Below the pieces are notes generated by a model that was given only the letters and a program-made list of their open reading frames with translations, ran no database searches and was not told where the DNA came from. DNA of 39,506 bases from a virus (taxonomy: Duplodnaviria; Caudoviricetes). The translations under genes and the position numbers were made by a program. The stretch spans positions 1 to 39,506 of IMG/VR virus record IMGVR_UViG_3300032294_001287; one strand, 5' to 3'. Positions 8,561 to 18,370 of the stretch are shown in pieces (the first letter of the stretch is position 1; each line of letters starts with the position of its first letter).

Positions 8561-10993
8561 TTACATCATCTGATCTTCATCTTCTTCCTCTTCCATCACT
8601 TCCTCTTCTTCCATAACTGGCTCCTCTTGAGGAATCATGTTCTGAACCATTGGCTCGACCATAGGCTCCTCAACTTGCTCTTCCATGATTGGCGGAGTGT
8701 AAATCTCAGAAACCTCTATATCCTCATCAGGCTGCCCCATTCTTAACTTGGTAACAGACTTCTTACCCTTGTTCTCTTCCTTCTTGGTTTCGATCTTACC
8801 ACCCTGACGGATCTGCTCAAGCTGTAACTCATAAGAGTATTTCAACTTCATAAGCTCCATATCAAGCAGCTTCTCCTTCTCGATGAGAACAGACTTAACC
8901 TCTGCCTCAACCTGAAGCGTCTGCTGCTTAGCCTGCTCGGCAACCATCGCAGACTCCTGCTGAACTTGTGCATTCATCTGCTGCTGTCTCATAGCCTGCT
9001 CCTCAGCTTCCTTGCGGCGCTTCTTAATCTTGTACGCCAACAGCTGCTGTGCAACCTTTACATTATCAGTATTCTGAATAATGATGGCGTCCTCAATATC
9101 TAGCAGTCCACCAGCCTGACCTGCTGCAACCTGCTGCATGAGCATGGCTCTCTGTTCGTCAGTTGGTTTATCTTCTAAGAATATACCAAACTCATAAAGA
9201 GCTACATTCGGAGAAAGCTTAAAGAATTTCATTGTAGTTCCGCCAAGAGAACGAATATATCCCTGAACAGTTCCACCCTCTGCAACATCCTGAATTCTCA
9301 AGATGATATCGTTAGATAAGGACTCAAGAAGCTTCTTCTCGCCAGACACTATATTGTACAGAGAGTTGTTAGTTCCCTCGTATGCTAACTTGGCAACAGT
9401 TGTAAGCGCTCTAGGATCAGGAGTAGAACCGTCTGTGAATTCATTCATTCCAGTAATATCACGAAGCATCTGAATGTGATTCTGGATTAACTGCCAGTAG
9501 TTCATAGCGTCACGACCAAGGCCGTTCTCCAATTCTTCAATTGGCTTATAGTTGGTCATACGTCCCTGCTGGTCTGCCTTGCGATACACAAGAACACCAC
9601 GCTGGTTGTACAGGTCAAGAACCTGCAAAGGCTTAAGTTTAGATCCGCCTTTACCCAACGGAATATCCTCCAATGCACCCATCTCAATCATGATACCCTT
9701 CGGCCTAGACTGGTTGATAACATTCTGAAGACGATACCATGCAAGCTGAATAGCATCCGCGATCGGGATGATCTGCTCCATCATTCCGTATGCTTTCATG
9801 TCCCAGAACTCTGGTGAGAAAATATGGAATGACATCTTCGTATCCATCAGACTTGACTTAGCTCTCTTCATGTTTGTGCAGAGACCGTAGTCGAATATGT
9901 AGTTAGTGTCAATAATCCAACGACACTTATAAACAACCTTGTAGGCTACGCGCTCGAACTTTTCTTTGCGCCTGTTTCTATCTTCATACTTGGCACGAGC
10001 ATATATCTTATTACCACGCCTGTCAATGCGCTGCTCATATACCATCTCGTTGACTGAGAAGAACTCAAGGTCGAGAATGCGTAAGTTAAACTTGTCATAA
10101 CCTCTGTTGTAAATTGATAGTGAAGAAGGCCACTCACGAGGGTTACCAAACTTACCAAGAACATTCTTTGCAATATCCTGATACTCCTCCTCGGTAAACT
10201 GATCACCAGCCATTTGCTTCAAATCAGCAATGGTCATCTCGATTACCTCTCCAATATATGAAGCATCTGTGAAGTCGTTGTTCTTACACTGGTTAATAAT
10301 AATGTTTCTGGGGTTTACAGTACGAACCTTTATGGCGCCATTAGAATCTATATATTCTTTGTAACCAGCAACACCGTAGTCAAAAAGATCAGCACGAATC
10401 TTATCACGCATCTTGTCGATAGAGTTCTGCTCAAGCACAAGCTTGATAGCCTGCTCAGCTTCTACAGCCATCTGGTGCTTAAAGGTGTAGTTCATCTGGA
10501 TCTCCAGCTCCTCCATATCCTTAGCCTCTTCTGGACTAAGTTGTAATGCCGGAAGCTCAAGTAATGATGGATCCATCTTCTCGGCCTGCTCACGCATCAA
10601 CAGCTTTGCCTTTGCTCTTGCGAAGTAATCCTGAGTCTCCTCAGCTGCAATAGAATCAACTGGTGTGGCTGTGATGTTGTAGTCAACCTTAGAAAGTTTG
10701 CCAAGGGCGATCCTTCTAAACTTTGGTACGATAGGTACGATACTCCAGTCAATGTTGAGCCACGTTTCTGTTGACTCCTGTTCAATACCCATGAGGGGCT
10801 TGTACTTATTTATCGACTGGTTACCGTGGGCATACTGCTTGTATACCTCATACTTGTAGCGAGCATTATAAAATATCTCGCCGGGGTTTTCATTGTTCCA
10901 GCTGCCCCAAGCTGCTTTTGCAAATTGCATGATCCAATCTTTTCCCTTTTGTCTTGGGTCGATCAGATGCGACGGAAATTGATTTGTGTTCAT
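8561..10993 (-). CDS. Portal protein (large type)
   Basis: 810 aa directly downstream of TerL; NIDWSIVPIVPKF and MLRDITGMNE segments, Q-rich coiled-coil then acidic tail, as in large portals of Bacteroidota phages. Confidence 0.8.
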   Translation of the reverse strand: MNTNQFPSHLIDPRQKGKDWIMQFAKAAWGSWNNENPGEIFYNARYKYEVYKQYAHGNQSINKYKPLMGIEQESTETWLNIDWSIVPIVPKFRRIALGKLSKVDYNITATPVDSIAAEETQDYFARAKAKLLMREQAEKMDPSLLELPALQLSPEEAKDMEELEIQMNYTFKHQMAVEAEQAIKLVLEQNSIDKMRDKIRADLFDYGVAGYKEYIDSNGAIKVRTVNPRNIIINQCKNNDFTDASYIGEVIEMTIADLKQMAGDQFTEEEYQDIAKNVLGKFGNPREWPSSLSIYNRGYDKFNLRILDLEFFSVNEMVYEQRIDRRGNKIYARAKYEDRNRRKEKFERVAYKVVYKCRWIIDTNYIFDYGLCTNMKRAKSSLMDTKMSFHIFSPEFWDMKAYGMMEQIIPIADAIQLAWYRLQNVINQSRPKGIMIEMGALEDIPLGKGGSKLKPLQVLDLYNQRGVLVYRKADQQGRMTNYKPIEELENGLGRDAMNYWQLIQNHIQMLRDITGMNEFTDGSTPDPRALTTVAKLAYEGTNNSLYNIVSGEKKLLESLSNDIILRIQDVAEGGTVQGYIRSLGGTTMKFFKLSPNVALYEFGIFLEDKPTDEQRAMLMQQVAAGQAGGLLDIEDAIIIQNTDNVKVAQQLLAYKIKKRRKEAEEQAMRQQQMNAQVQQESAMVAEQAKQQTLQVEAEVKSVLIEKEKLLDMELMKLKYSYELQLEQIRQGGKIETKKEENKGKKSVTKLRMGQPDEDIEVSEIYTPPIMEEQVEEPMVEPMVQNMIPQEEPVMEEEEVMEEEEDEDQMM

Positions 10994-11002
10994 CTCGAAC
11001 TT

Positions 11003-13003
11003 TTAAATTTTTCTAGGTCTAAAATAATCTGTCACCTCTCTCACTTCGGTTCGTTCTTTCTTTGTTGCCACCGCCTTTGATGCCATCAAACAATAGCTTG
11101 CCGCCATCGCGATGTCAAACTTGGTAGTATTGTTTAGGTCAAACTCCAGCCAATCTTTAATTAGATCTTTGAAGTAGACTCTGTCTATGTAATTATTCAC
11201 GTACTCCTCAGTCAGCTCAGCCCCATACTGGTGGCTTCTTGTTGTGGCAGCTATCCCGGGCATAGCCCTGTCAGGTAACCACATCAGGAAGTTCCCGTAT
11301 CCCCTCTCCTCGAAGTATCCTTGCAGACCGATCTTGTTGTTTTCGTACAGGATCTGACATCCGTAGTACACAGCCATCTTGATCATGTCCTCGTAGAATA
11401 TGCTCACTATGTCTGGCCGGTATACATACTTACACACAAAGGCGTTGTCGTATATATCCCCCGAACTCACAGGGTTGTGCTTCTGAAGAACTATACCAGC
11501 GCCGTTAGACCTTCTGTTGTCCTGAGTTACAGAGTGATCAATCGGGTCAACACCAGCACAGAATGCCATCGTGTTGTTAGGATAGAAGTGCTCACCACGT
11601 CGATAAATCTTATTAGAATGAGACTCATCTTTGAATAGCTTTGCAACTTCCCACCTGCCATCTTTACTAGGCTCCCATATAACTCTTGTGTCCCTCTCAC
11701 CATTCTCCCAAACAAAGTTTCCTCTGGTGGTTACGTTATCCTTCCAGCTCAACCTATCAAGCCTTTCGTTAAGCTTCATGGAATCATAGAGACACTTGTC
11801 GCCATCAATTCTAAAAGCCTCTTCAATAGTGAAAGGATTCTTTCTTATGATAGAACTAAGCTGACGTGGGTCATGAGCAAAACCTTTTCTCATGTTGAGG
11901 TAGTAGCTCATACCCCTCTCGCTGTCTTCGTTTCCATACTCATCGAAGAACGTAGACTCGTGTGCGCCAAAGAACAACCTGTACAAACCAGACGTTGTCC
12001 TACCGTTAGGGTCACGCTTATTCTGATCAGAGTTAACCCATATGTCTTTCGGCCCTTGACCTGTAACATCTAGGTCTTCGATGGTGGAAGTAACAAATGC
12101 TTTACCAACCCATCTTCCATCCTGATCCATACAGTATCGAACTACGTTCCATGTGTCCCACACATTTGATCTTTGTGGCTTACCAAATTCATCAAGCGTG
12201 TAAGCGTAAAGAGCATTACCATCGTAGTGGAAAGACTCAGACGAACCGAAGTTGATTGTACTTCTAAGCTCATCTCCCTTCAACATCTCTTCAGCATTCT
12301 TACCCTTTACTGTAGGCTTAAAGAATCTTATCTCTTTTTTAGGGCGCAAACCTTGAGACGTGTCGTATACCGGCTTGAAAAAATGAGGCAGGTTTACGAA
12401 GTAGTTAACAACCTTATTGAAAAGAACTTTTGCGTCTTCGTCAGTCTTACTCTGCATACCGCCTATCTTATCTAGACCAAGGCTAACCCTGTCTAACAAC
12501 CAAGCAGCTGAGATGTAAGACTTACCACCGCGTCGTCTGGAGACATATACAAGTCCACCAGCTCGGGGGTCTTCCTCTACTGAACGCAAGCAGTAGAATA
12601 TCTTTCTGTCAGTATTCCTGTAATCCATATAGCCTACGTTGGTAACACACCAATTCAGGTAGTACCAATGGGCGCCAGTTATGTAAACAGGAACACCGTT
12701 ATTCATAAACCAGTATCCACACAACCTATACTGCCACAGTTTCTCTCTTATCGATTCAAGCTCAGGATCAAAGTGTTCAGGATCATCCTTCTGCTTTGTA
12801 AGCTCCTTAGATCTTTTCTTATCATAGTCAATAGGCAGCTCGTATCTCTGGAACTTTTGTTCCTTCTTCTTGGTAGATGATGTGAATACGCCAACCTCAA
12901 CCAGCTCGCCAGTGATACGGTCAACACCGTAACCAACCGGCGGAACCCAGCATTCGATTCCGTTTATAACCTCAAGCGTTCCTCCATCTACCTTCTTATA
13001 CAT
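11003..13003 (-). CDS. terL: Terminase large subunit
   Basis: Walker A-like SRRRGGKS, Walker B YTLDEFGK, RNase H-like nuclease motifs AGVDPID and FDIAMA. Confidence 0.92.
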   Translation of the reverse strand: MYKKVDGGTLEVINGIECWVPPVGYGVDRITGELVEVGVFTSSTKKKEQKFQRYELPIDYDKKRSKELTKQKDDPEHFDPELESIREKLWQYRLCGYWFMNNGVPVYITGAHWYYLNWCVTNVGYMDYRNTDRKIFYCLRSVEEDPRAGGLVYVSRRRGGKSYISAAWLLDRVSLGLDKIGGMQSKTDEDAKVLFNKVVNYFVNLPHFFKPVYDTSQGLRPKKEIRFFKPTVKGKNAEEMLKGDELRSTINFGSSESFHYDGNALYAYTLDEFGKPQRSNVWDTWNVVRYCMDQDGRWVGKAFVTSTIEDLDVTGQGPKDIWVNSDQNKRDPNGRTTSGLYRLFFGAHESTFFDEYGNEDSERGMSYYLNMRKGFAHDPRQLSSIIRKNPFTIEEAFRIDGDKCLYDSMKLNERLDRLSWKDNVTTRGNFVWENGERDTRVIWEPSKDGRWEVAKLFKDESHSNKIYRRGEHFYPNNTMAFCAGVDPIDHSVTQDNRRSNGAGIVLQKHNPVSSGDIYDNAFVCKYVYRPDIVSIFYEDMIKMAVYYGCQILYENNKIGLQGYFEERGYGNFLMWLPDRAMPGIAATTRSHQYGAELTEEYVNNYIDRVYFKDLIKDWLEFDLNNTTKFDIAMAASYCLMASKAVATKKERTEVREVTDYFRPRKI

Positions 13004-13614
13004 TACCTCACAGCTTTTGACTCAGGGCTCAACCTCTTCTTAATCATGATCGCCATCTCAAGATCTTGGTCTCCTCCCGTTAGTTCAGAATAATATCTAT
13101 CTAGTCTTTTGTGTATATCATCCATCGCCTCAAGAAGTTTAGTCTTGATAGTGATGGCACTAAGCGCATCCTTATCTGCCTCTCCACCTACCTCTGCCAT
13201 GATCCTCCTCTGGTACTCGTAGAAGCTCTGCTCGTTTGTTACTATCATCGTCCACAGCCTACTATTCTGGTAGGTCATGTAGGTTGAGATAGACTCGAGG
13301 AGTTCCTCAAATGGAACCACCTTTTGGCCTTCCTCTGTTGTTACAGTCTCTGTTAGCGTTTTAAGATTCTCTATTTTAGAGATGTCTTTATCTGCGTCAT
13401 AGCCTGCAATAACAGCGGCAAACTCTTTTCTCTTGTTTACATCTGGGTAGTACTTCCTGAGTGGACTGTTCTGATCATACATAAGCAGAACGTACCTAAT
13501 CATCTTGTCATCCCTATCGCCAATAATCTGACTTAGCTTTGGGTACTCAGTAAGCAGCTTCCTCTTTATCAGAGGATTGAATTCCATCTGTAAGTAGTCT
13601 TTCTCTGGTATCAT
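13003..13614 (-). CDS. Hypothetical protein, candidate terminase small subunit
   Basis: Helical ~203 aa protein overlapping the TerL start by 1 nt. ATG 13614 forms an ATGA overlap with the upstream stop. TerS is a positional inference. Confidence 0.45.
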   Translation of the reverse strand: MIPEKDYLQMEFNPLIKRKLLTEYPKLSQIIGDRDDKMIRYVLLMYDQNSPLRKYYPDVNKRKEFAAVIAGYDADKDISKIENLKTLTETVTTEEGQKVVPFEELLESISTYMTYQNSRLWTMIVTNEQSFYEYQRRIMAEVGGEADKDALSAITIKTKLLEAMDDIHKRLDRYYSELTGGDQDLEMAIMIKKRLSPESKAVR

Positions 13615-14234
13615 GCCCAACTCTTTTTCCACCAGTGTATCCCATACGTCTGGTCTGTTATACAATCTTCGCTATATCCCTCATTCCAGTTGAACGGATA
13701 GAATGCCCTCTTCGGCATTAGCCACAGCCCGTCAACATTTATGGTGTTGTTCATATCTTCCACGGTAAGGTCTCTACCTAAAAGTCCTTTTACATAGTCA
13801 GTGTGAGACCAAACTCCACAACCAACCTCTGTAGGAACAATGTATCCCTTCCTACCTTCTATTACATCAAAGAATCCATTCAACATGTTCTTGTGATGCT
13901 CGCTACCTTTGTGACCTCCTGTTACTGCTGCGTTCACGAATACAGGCTCTCCTTCCATACATATGAAAGCCTCATAATCATAGAACACATCTATTGGTTT
14001 GATCAGCTCAACATCACAGTCTAGATATATTCCCCCGAACTCTATCACTGCCCATATCCTCAAGAAGTCAGAAAGTATTGACCACTTCTTATTATCTCTG
14101 TAACCAATTAGAGAAGGATACTGATCATACGGAAGCATAGTAGAGTCCCACTTTTTAATTGGGGCACAGCCATACTTCTCCCAGCTTTCCAGATAAGAGT
14201 AACCAAGATCACCTTCCTTGAAATAGTGTATCAT
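13611..14234 (-). CDS. Glycosyltransferase, GT32/OCH1-like DXD-motif family
   Basis: MIHYF N-terminus, SDFLRIWAVIEFGGIYLDCDVE, AFYP and IHWW..SW motifs. Confidence 0.88.
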   Translation of the reverse strand: MIHYFKEGDLGYSYLESWEKYGCAPIKKWDSTMLPYDQYPSLIGYRDNKKWSILSDFLRIWAVIEFGGIYLDCDVELIKPIDVFYDYEAFICMEGEPVFVNAAVTGGHKGSEHHKNMLNGFFDVIEGRKGYIVPTEVGCGVWSHTDYVKGLLGRDLTVEDMNNTINVDGLWLMPKRAFYPFNWNEGYSEDCITDQTYGIHWWKKSWA

Positions 14235-14764
14235 GGCTTAACTTTATAAATAACCTTGTCAATGAACTCTACCTCTTTAGTCTCGGATAGGGCCTTATAA
14301 AACTCATAGTCTCCGCCATACTTAAACTTCCAATCAGGCAAACCTCCGGGCTTATACACTCCGCATGGTGTGCCAATGTTAGTGTACTCTATGGCGTGGT
14401 GTCTTGGTATCCGCTGTTCTCCGTGTAACATCTGGAACACATACAGCTTATCTTCTGTACAATGTTCCCTGATCGTGAACACAGCATCCTCAACAAATAC
14501 ATCGTCATCATCGCCATTTATCAGATAGTCCCCGGGTAGAACATTCTGCCAGAAAGTTCTGGATCCGTGCCCCCAGTGGCCCATCGGGCTGGCGTTCTTT
14601 ATTTCTATGACAGTGGCAGCGGTGTTGTAACTAACGGCATTCCTTGGGCAATCCCATATTACCGTTAAGAAATCCTGATCAGTAAGCTGTGGAGCTATAC
14701 TGTCTATCATTCTCTGAAGCGACAACCTCCCAACCGTTGCTATCACCACGTTTAACCTCTTCAT
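14231..14764 (-). CDS. Glycosyltransferase family 2 (GT-A fold)
   Basis: NVVIATVGRLSLQRMIDSI N-terminus, GDDDD (DXD) motif, GGDYEF. Confidence 0.8.
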   Translation of the reverse strand: MKRLNVVIATVGRLSLQRMIDSIAPQLTDQDFLTVIWDCPRNAVSYNTAATVIEIKNASPMGHWGHGSRTFWQNVLPGDYLINGDDDDVFVEDAVFTIREHCTEDKLYVFQMLHGEQRIPRHHAIEYTNIGTPCGVYKPGGLPDWKFKYGGDYEFYKALSETKEVEFIDKVIYKVKP

Positions 14765-15725
14765 ATATCTCTTTTCTTAGTTTGGCGTAATCTTTAAGAT
14801 TGTAGTTCTCTTTGCAGAACTTATAGTTATCCTCACCCCTCTTCTTTCTATAATCCTCATCAGTAACAAGCTTTGTTACCACATTAATAAATTCTTTCTC
14901 TCCTGAGAAATAATCAACATCCATTCCCAGATAGGGATCACATTTAGCGACCACAACAGGCATCTTCATAGATCCGTACTCAACCGCCTTAAGGTTACTC
15001 TTCAGACTGTTAAACTTTGTTTCCTTACTCGGAAGAATTCCGATTTCGCCAACATAATTTAACATGTACGTCTCAGCATCTGACCAAGGAGTAGTCGTGT
15101 GTGGTATCAAACCGCCAGCCGTAAGGTTGTCAATCAACCTTGTAAACAGCGGGCTCTCATGGTATCCAGCTATAACTATCTCTATCGGCAGGTGTGCCAG
15201 CTTCTTCATAGCGCCAGCAATCGTTGACGTATTAGAGTAATTCATTACAGTACTAGCATACAGCAACCTAACCCTGTCTGCAGGCTTTGACGGCCTGTAA
15301 ACAAACTGCCCCTCCCCGAAAGGAAGGGCGTTTGGCAGAACATAGCAGTTTGGATTTAGTTTGGTTGTCTCATGCATCAGCCGTTCATTCGTACAAATGA
15401 CAGCGTCAGCGTTCGCTATATGGTGCCTGATCTGCAAGGCTATATTTGACCTAGTCCAGAACTCGTACTTCGGGTGATCCTTTGGTACTTCCCACCAGTC
15501 GTCGTTATCTACAATAATCTTAAACCCGTACTTATCTCTCATGGAACTCAGGAACGCCGGAGCCATCACACTATGCCTGCTGTAATGCAGGATATCACAC
15601 CACTCCAGATCATCCTCGTTAATGTTTCTAACAACCTTAACCTCGGCGTCTAATGTCTGGTTCGGTGTGTACACCCTATGATAGCTAGAGGCGTCTAGGT
15701 TTTTCACATAAGAAAGTACACGCAT
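14679..15725 (-). CDS. Glycosyltransferase, GT-B fold (GT4-like)
   Basis: SSYHRVYTP, IIVDNDDWW, ADAVICTNERL, YVLPNAL, FNSLKSNLKAVEYG. Start at ATG 15725; 3' end overlaps the GT2 gene by 86 nt. Confidence 0.8.
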   Translation of the reverse strand: MRVLSYVKNLDASSYHRVYTPNQTLDAEVKVVRNINEDDLEWCDILHYSRHSVMAPAFLSSMRDKYGFKIIVDNDDWWEVPKDHPKYEFWTRSNIALQIRHHIANADAVICTNERLMHETTKLNPNCYVLPNALPFGEGQFVYRPSKPADRVRLLYASTVMNYSNTSTIAGAMKKLAHLPIEIVIAGYHESPLFTRLIDNLTAGGLIPHTTTPWSDAETYMLNYVGEIGILPSKETKFNSLKSNLKAVEYGSMKMPVVVAKCDPYLGMDVDYFSGEKEFINVVTKLVTDEDYRKKRGEDNYKFCKENYNLKDYAKLRKEIYEEVKRGDSNGWEVVASENDRQYSSTAY

Positions 15726-15731
15726 TAATTG

Positions 15732-15739
15732 CAAAATTA
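15732..15739 (-). promoter_or_regulatory. Bacteroidota -7 promoter box (TAATTTTG)
   Basis: Exact TAnnTTTG match, intergenic, 6 nt upstream of the GT-B start codon. Confidence 0.55.
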
Positions 15740-15779
15740 TTGGGGGTGGAGTTCGGGGGCTTAAAAAAGACGGGGTGAA

Positions 15780-16010
15780 TTAAGACTCCATCAGTGTGGC
15801 AAAATCGTCTATGTTCATGTCTATATCATGCTCCTCACCAGACTTGGTACGTATGTGGGTAGTCCCCCTTGTTCCAGCTTCGCCGGTATCCATGGTGTAG
15901 GATATCTCGGTCTCGTGGAATGACTCAATCTGGAACGGGTTGATATACAGGTCACAGAAGTAAACCCTGCCGTTTTCAACAAAGTACGAATCGATCTTAA
16001 TGTATCTCAT
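15780..16010 (-). CDS. Hypothetical protein
   Basis: 76 aa, ATGA-coupled to the SPFH gene. Confidence 0.6.
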   Translation of the reverse strand: MRYIKIDSYFVENGRVYFCDLYINPFQIESFHETEISYTMDTGEAGTRGTTHIRTKSGEEHDIDMNIDDFATLMES

Positions 16011-16528
16011 GCTTTAAATATTGTAAATACTCTTGTGGTGGTGAAGTCGGATCGGTACACCCTTCTTACTGATATACCCATATCCTCCATAGGTCTCTTA
16101 AGGGCAGACTTAACGTCTGTAAGCTTAGACTTACCGCTTATCTCTTCCCATGTGTAGTCCGCCAATATATCTGACACCACACCTCTAGATATGTCATGTG
16201 CGTTAGATAGGGCGTCATTAACATCAATCAGGAACTTTCTAACGTCCTGAATCTGGTACTCAACAGCTACACCGATAACCACAGTCTTCTGGTCTCTTGT
16301 TGTGATGTTGATCTCATGGATGTGAAAAGTATCGATAGATGTCATCGTTGTGTGAGCCTCATCAATTAGCGGCCACTTCCAGTTGATACCCTTGTCTAAT
16401 GTCTTATGATATTTACCCAATCTAAAAACTACACCGCCCTCATAATCACGAACAATTACAAAAGGGAAGACATGGTTGCTGAGCTTCTCAACGATCCAGT
16501 CGATTAGTTTAATTACGCTCTCGAACAT
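16007..16528 (-). CDS. SPFH / Band 7 (stomatin-like) domain protein
   Basis: IVRDYEGGVVFRLGKYHKTLDKGINWKWPLID and ITTRDQKTVVI..AVEYQIQD are stomatin/HflC-type signatures. Confidence 0.85.
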   Translation of the reverse strand: MFESVIKLIDWIVEKLSNHVFPFVIVRDYEGGVVFRLGKYHKTLDKGINWKWPLIDEAHTTMTSIDTFHIHEINITTRDQKTVVIGVAVEYQIQDVRKFLIDVNDALSNAHDISRGVVSDILADYTWEEISGKSKLTDVKSALKRPMEDMGISVRRVYRSDFTTTRVFTIFKA

Positions 16529-16902
16529 TTTAGTGCCTCCCAGTTGTTTTTATATTTTAAATGATTCTTACCGTTAAACGATATATTGGATTTCTCCTCG
16601 TTAGGGAATATATACCAACAGTTCTCAGGTAAAACATATACAGCGAAGTAGTCAATCTCAGACTTCTTATAAACCGTACTGTTACCCTTTATCAACATCG
16701 CCCTGTAAGAACCGTTTCCAACTCTCTTTTTCGTAACACACTTTATCTGAACCTTTGTAAAATTCCCGTTATACTCAACCACTCTATCGTAAACCGTACC
16801 GGGGTGAATCGGCCTGTTGACCACGAGGCCAACAAGAACTGAGTTCGCATCAAATAGAAACTCAGCATAGTCTCCGATTCTATTGTTAAGGTTAGTATTC
16901 AA
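16513..16902 (-). CDS. PD-(D/E)XK endonuclease (PDDEXK_5-like)
   Basis: IGDYAE, YDRVVE, KVQIK, YKKSEIDYFAVY motifs. Confidence 0.75.
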   Translation of the reverse strand: MNTNLNNRIGDYAEFLFDANSVLVGLVVNRPIHPGTVYDRVVEYNGNFTKVQIKCVTKKRVGNGSYRAMLIKGNSTVYKKSEIDYFAVYVLPENCWYIFPNEEKSNISFNGKNHLKYKNNWEALKCSRA

Positions 16903-17389
16903 TACAGTGTGCCTTTTCTATTGGAAGGAATGCGTTAACTCTCTTGGCCGTTCCTCCGTTGCAGGTGGCCTGAGTGACGGTAGCTCTTGAATCGTATTCT
17001 AGAATTACCTCGCCATTGTTATCCGTTACCTTCCAGATCAGTATTACGTTTTCTTTTAATAGGTTTACAATCACAAAGAATGGTACGCTGGTTATAAAGC
17101 TCAGACTCTTACCGTGGTGGATCTTCTCCTCGGTGATCAGGTATCCGCCATTTCTACTTAAGTAACTTCTTGTAAGCGGAACAGAGCCTGCCATCTCTCT
17201 TGACTTAATCTCTGCCACTCCTGTTATCGTCGGAACACCATCTATGTCTCTAGCTATAATCACATCAGACTTTGAATCTTTGGCGGACATTGATATGATC
17301 TTATATCCGAGATCCTCAAGGATCTTCTGAGTATTTAGCTGGTGACCGATGAACACCTTACCTCTCTCTGTTTCGCAGTCCAATCTCAC
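16892..17389 (-). CDS. Putative PD-(D/E)XK-family nuclease
   Basis: SDVII...VAEIKSR motif. Confidence 0.55.
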   Translation of the reverse strand: MRLDCETERGKVFIGHQLNTQKILEDLGYKIISMSAKDSKSDVIIARDIDGVPTITGVAEIKSREMAGSVPLTRSYLSRNGGYLITEEKIHHGKSLSFITSVPFFVIVNLLKENVILIWKVTDNNGEVILEYDSRATVTQATCNGGTAKRVNAFLPIEKAHCIEY

Positions 17390-17820
17390 TTAGAAGCTTG
17401 TTCAGTATTTCCTCCGTCTCCTTTATTTCCTTTTCTATTTCTTCCCAGCTTTTTCTTTGTACTCTGTACGGTATCTGTATCGACAGCTGTATCAGAAACA
17501 GATTGATCGTTATTCCCTTCGACCAGATCGTCCACTCGTGCGTCCGTGTCGTTAGGCAGTTGATTCTTGTGGCTATCATTGCGTTGTTTTTGTAGTTTAA
17601 GAATCATATCTAGATAGTGAAGAACACCTTTAATACCTAGACGCTCGTATGCCTTTCGGATCCTACGTTCGTGGTTGATCTCGTGTACAACTATGTTCGG
17701 GTATCTAACCATATCTCCCTCCTCATTATAGTCCTCATAGAAACCAGACACAGTCTGTTCGTATACTGGCGGAAGACGTTCAGATATCTCTCTGATGTAT
17801 TTAGCTGTTTTCTTTTTCAT
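17386..17820 (-). CDS. Hypothetical protein
   Basis: 144 aa, overlapping its neighbours' ends; low-complexity C-terminus overlaps ORF 17358..17579. Confidence 0.55.
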   Translation of the reverse strand: MKKKTAKYIREISERLPPVYEQTVSGFYEDYNEEGDMVRYPNIVVHEINHERRIRKAYERLGIKGVLHYLDMILKLQKQRNDSHKNQLPNDTDARVDDLVEGNNDQSVSDTAVDTDTVQSTKKKLGRNRKGNKGDGGNTEQASK

Positions 17821-18370
17821 GTATTAAAAGAATGTTGAAGTTGTACATTACGTATACTATCTCACCTTCGATCTCGTTCTCGAACATACCAACCTCCTCG
17901 AAAGTGACGTATGCGCCATTAGGAATTTCTGGGTCATTGGATGCGAACACGTATCCTCTGTTTACCTTAATAGTTTTGTGTGAGTCTGGTATGATGATGA
18001 ACTCACTCTCTTTCTCATCTTCTTCTTTTTTGATTAAGATGTGCTGACCAAGTGGAATAACTTTACCATCTCTGGCAACGGCAATAGCACTGAACATGTC
18101 AACCATCCAGTACTCCTTACCATCGTGCTCGATCATGTTGGAGTCATCCATCAAAACGGTGTACGTCATGTAAAGCCTGTCTCCAGCTTTAATGTCATAA
18201 GCGAGACCGTCATTAGGAAGTCTGATAGGAGCTGACTGTACTATACCATAAGGGAACACGTTCCACTCAGGACTATATGTCGTATCCTTCCAAAGCTTTC
18301 CGCCATTGAAGTCTACCTCATCTTGGTATCGCTTTTCTACTTTTACGATTACTTTCGTAGGTGAAATCAT
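17801..18370 (-). CDS. GroES-like co-chaperonin (apparent tandem domains)
   Basis: GIVQSAP...IKAGDRLY...DGKEYWMV in the first half; IPLGQHILIK...IIIPDS...GYVFA in the second. Confidence 0.65.
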   Translation of the reverse strand: MISPTKVIVKVEKRYQDEVDFNGGKLWKDTTYSPEWNVFPYGIVQSAPIRLPNDGLAYDIKAGDRLYMTYTVLMDDSNMIEHDGKEYWMVDMFSAIAVARDGKVIPLGQHILIKKEEDEKESEFIIIPDSHKTIKVNRGYVFASNDPEIPNGAYVTFEEVGMFENEIEGEIVYVMYNFNILLIHEKENS

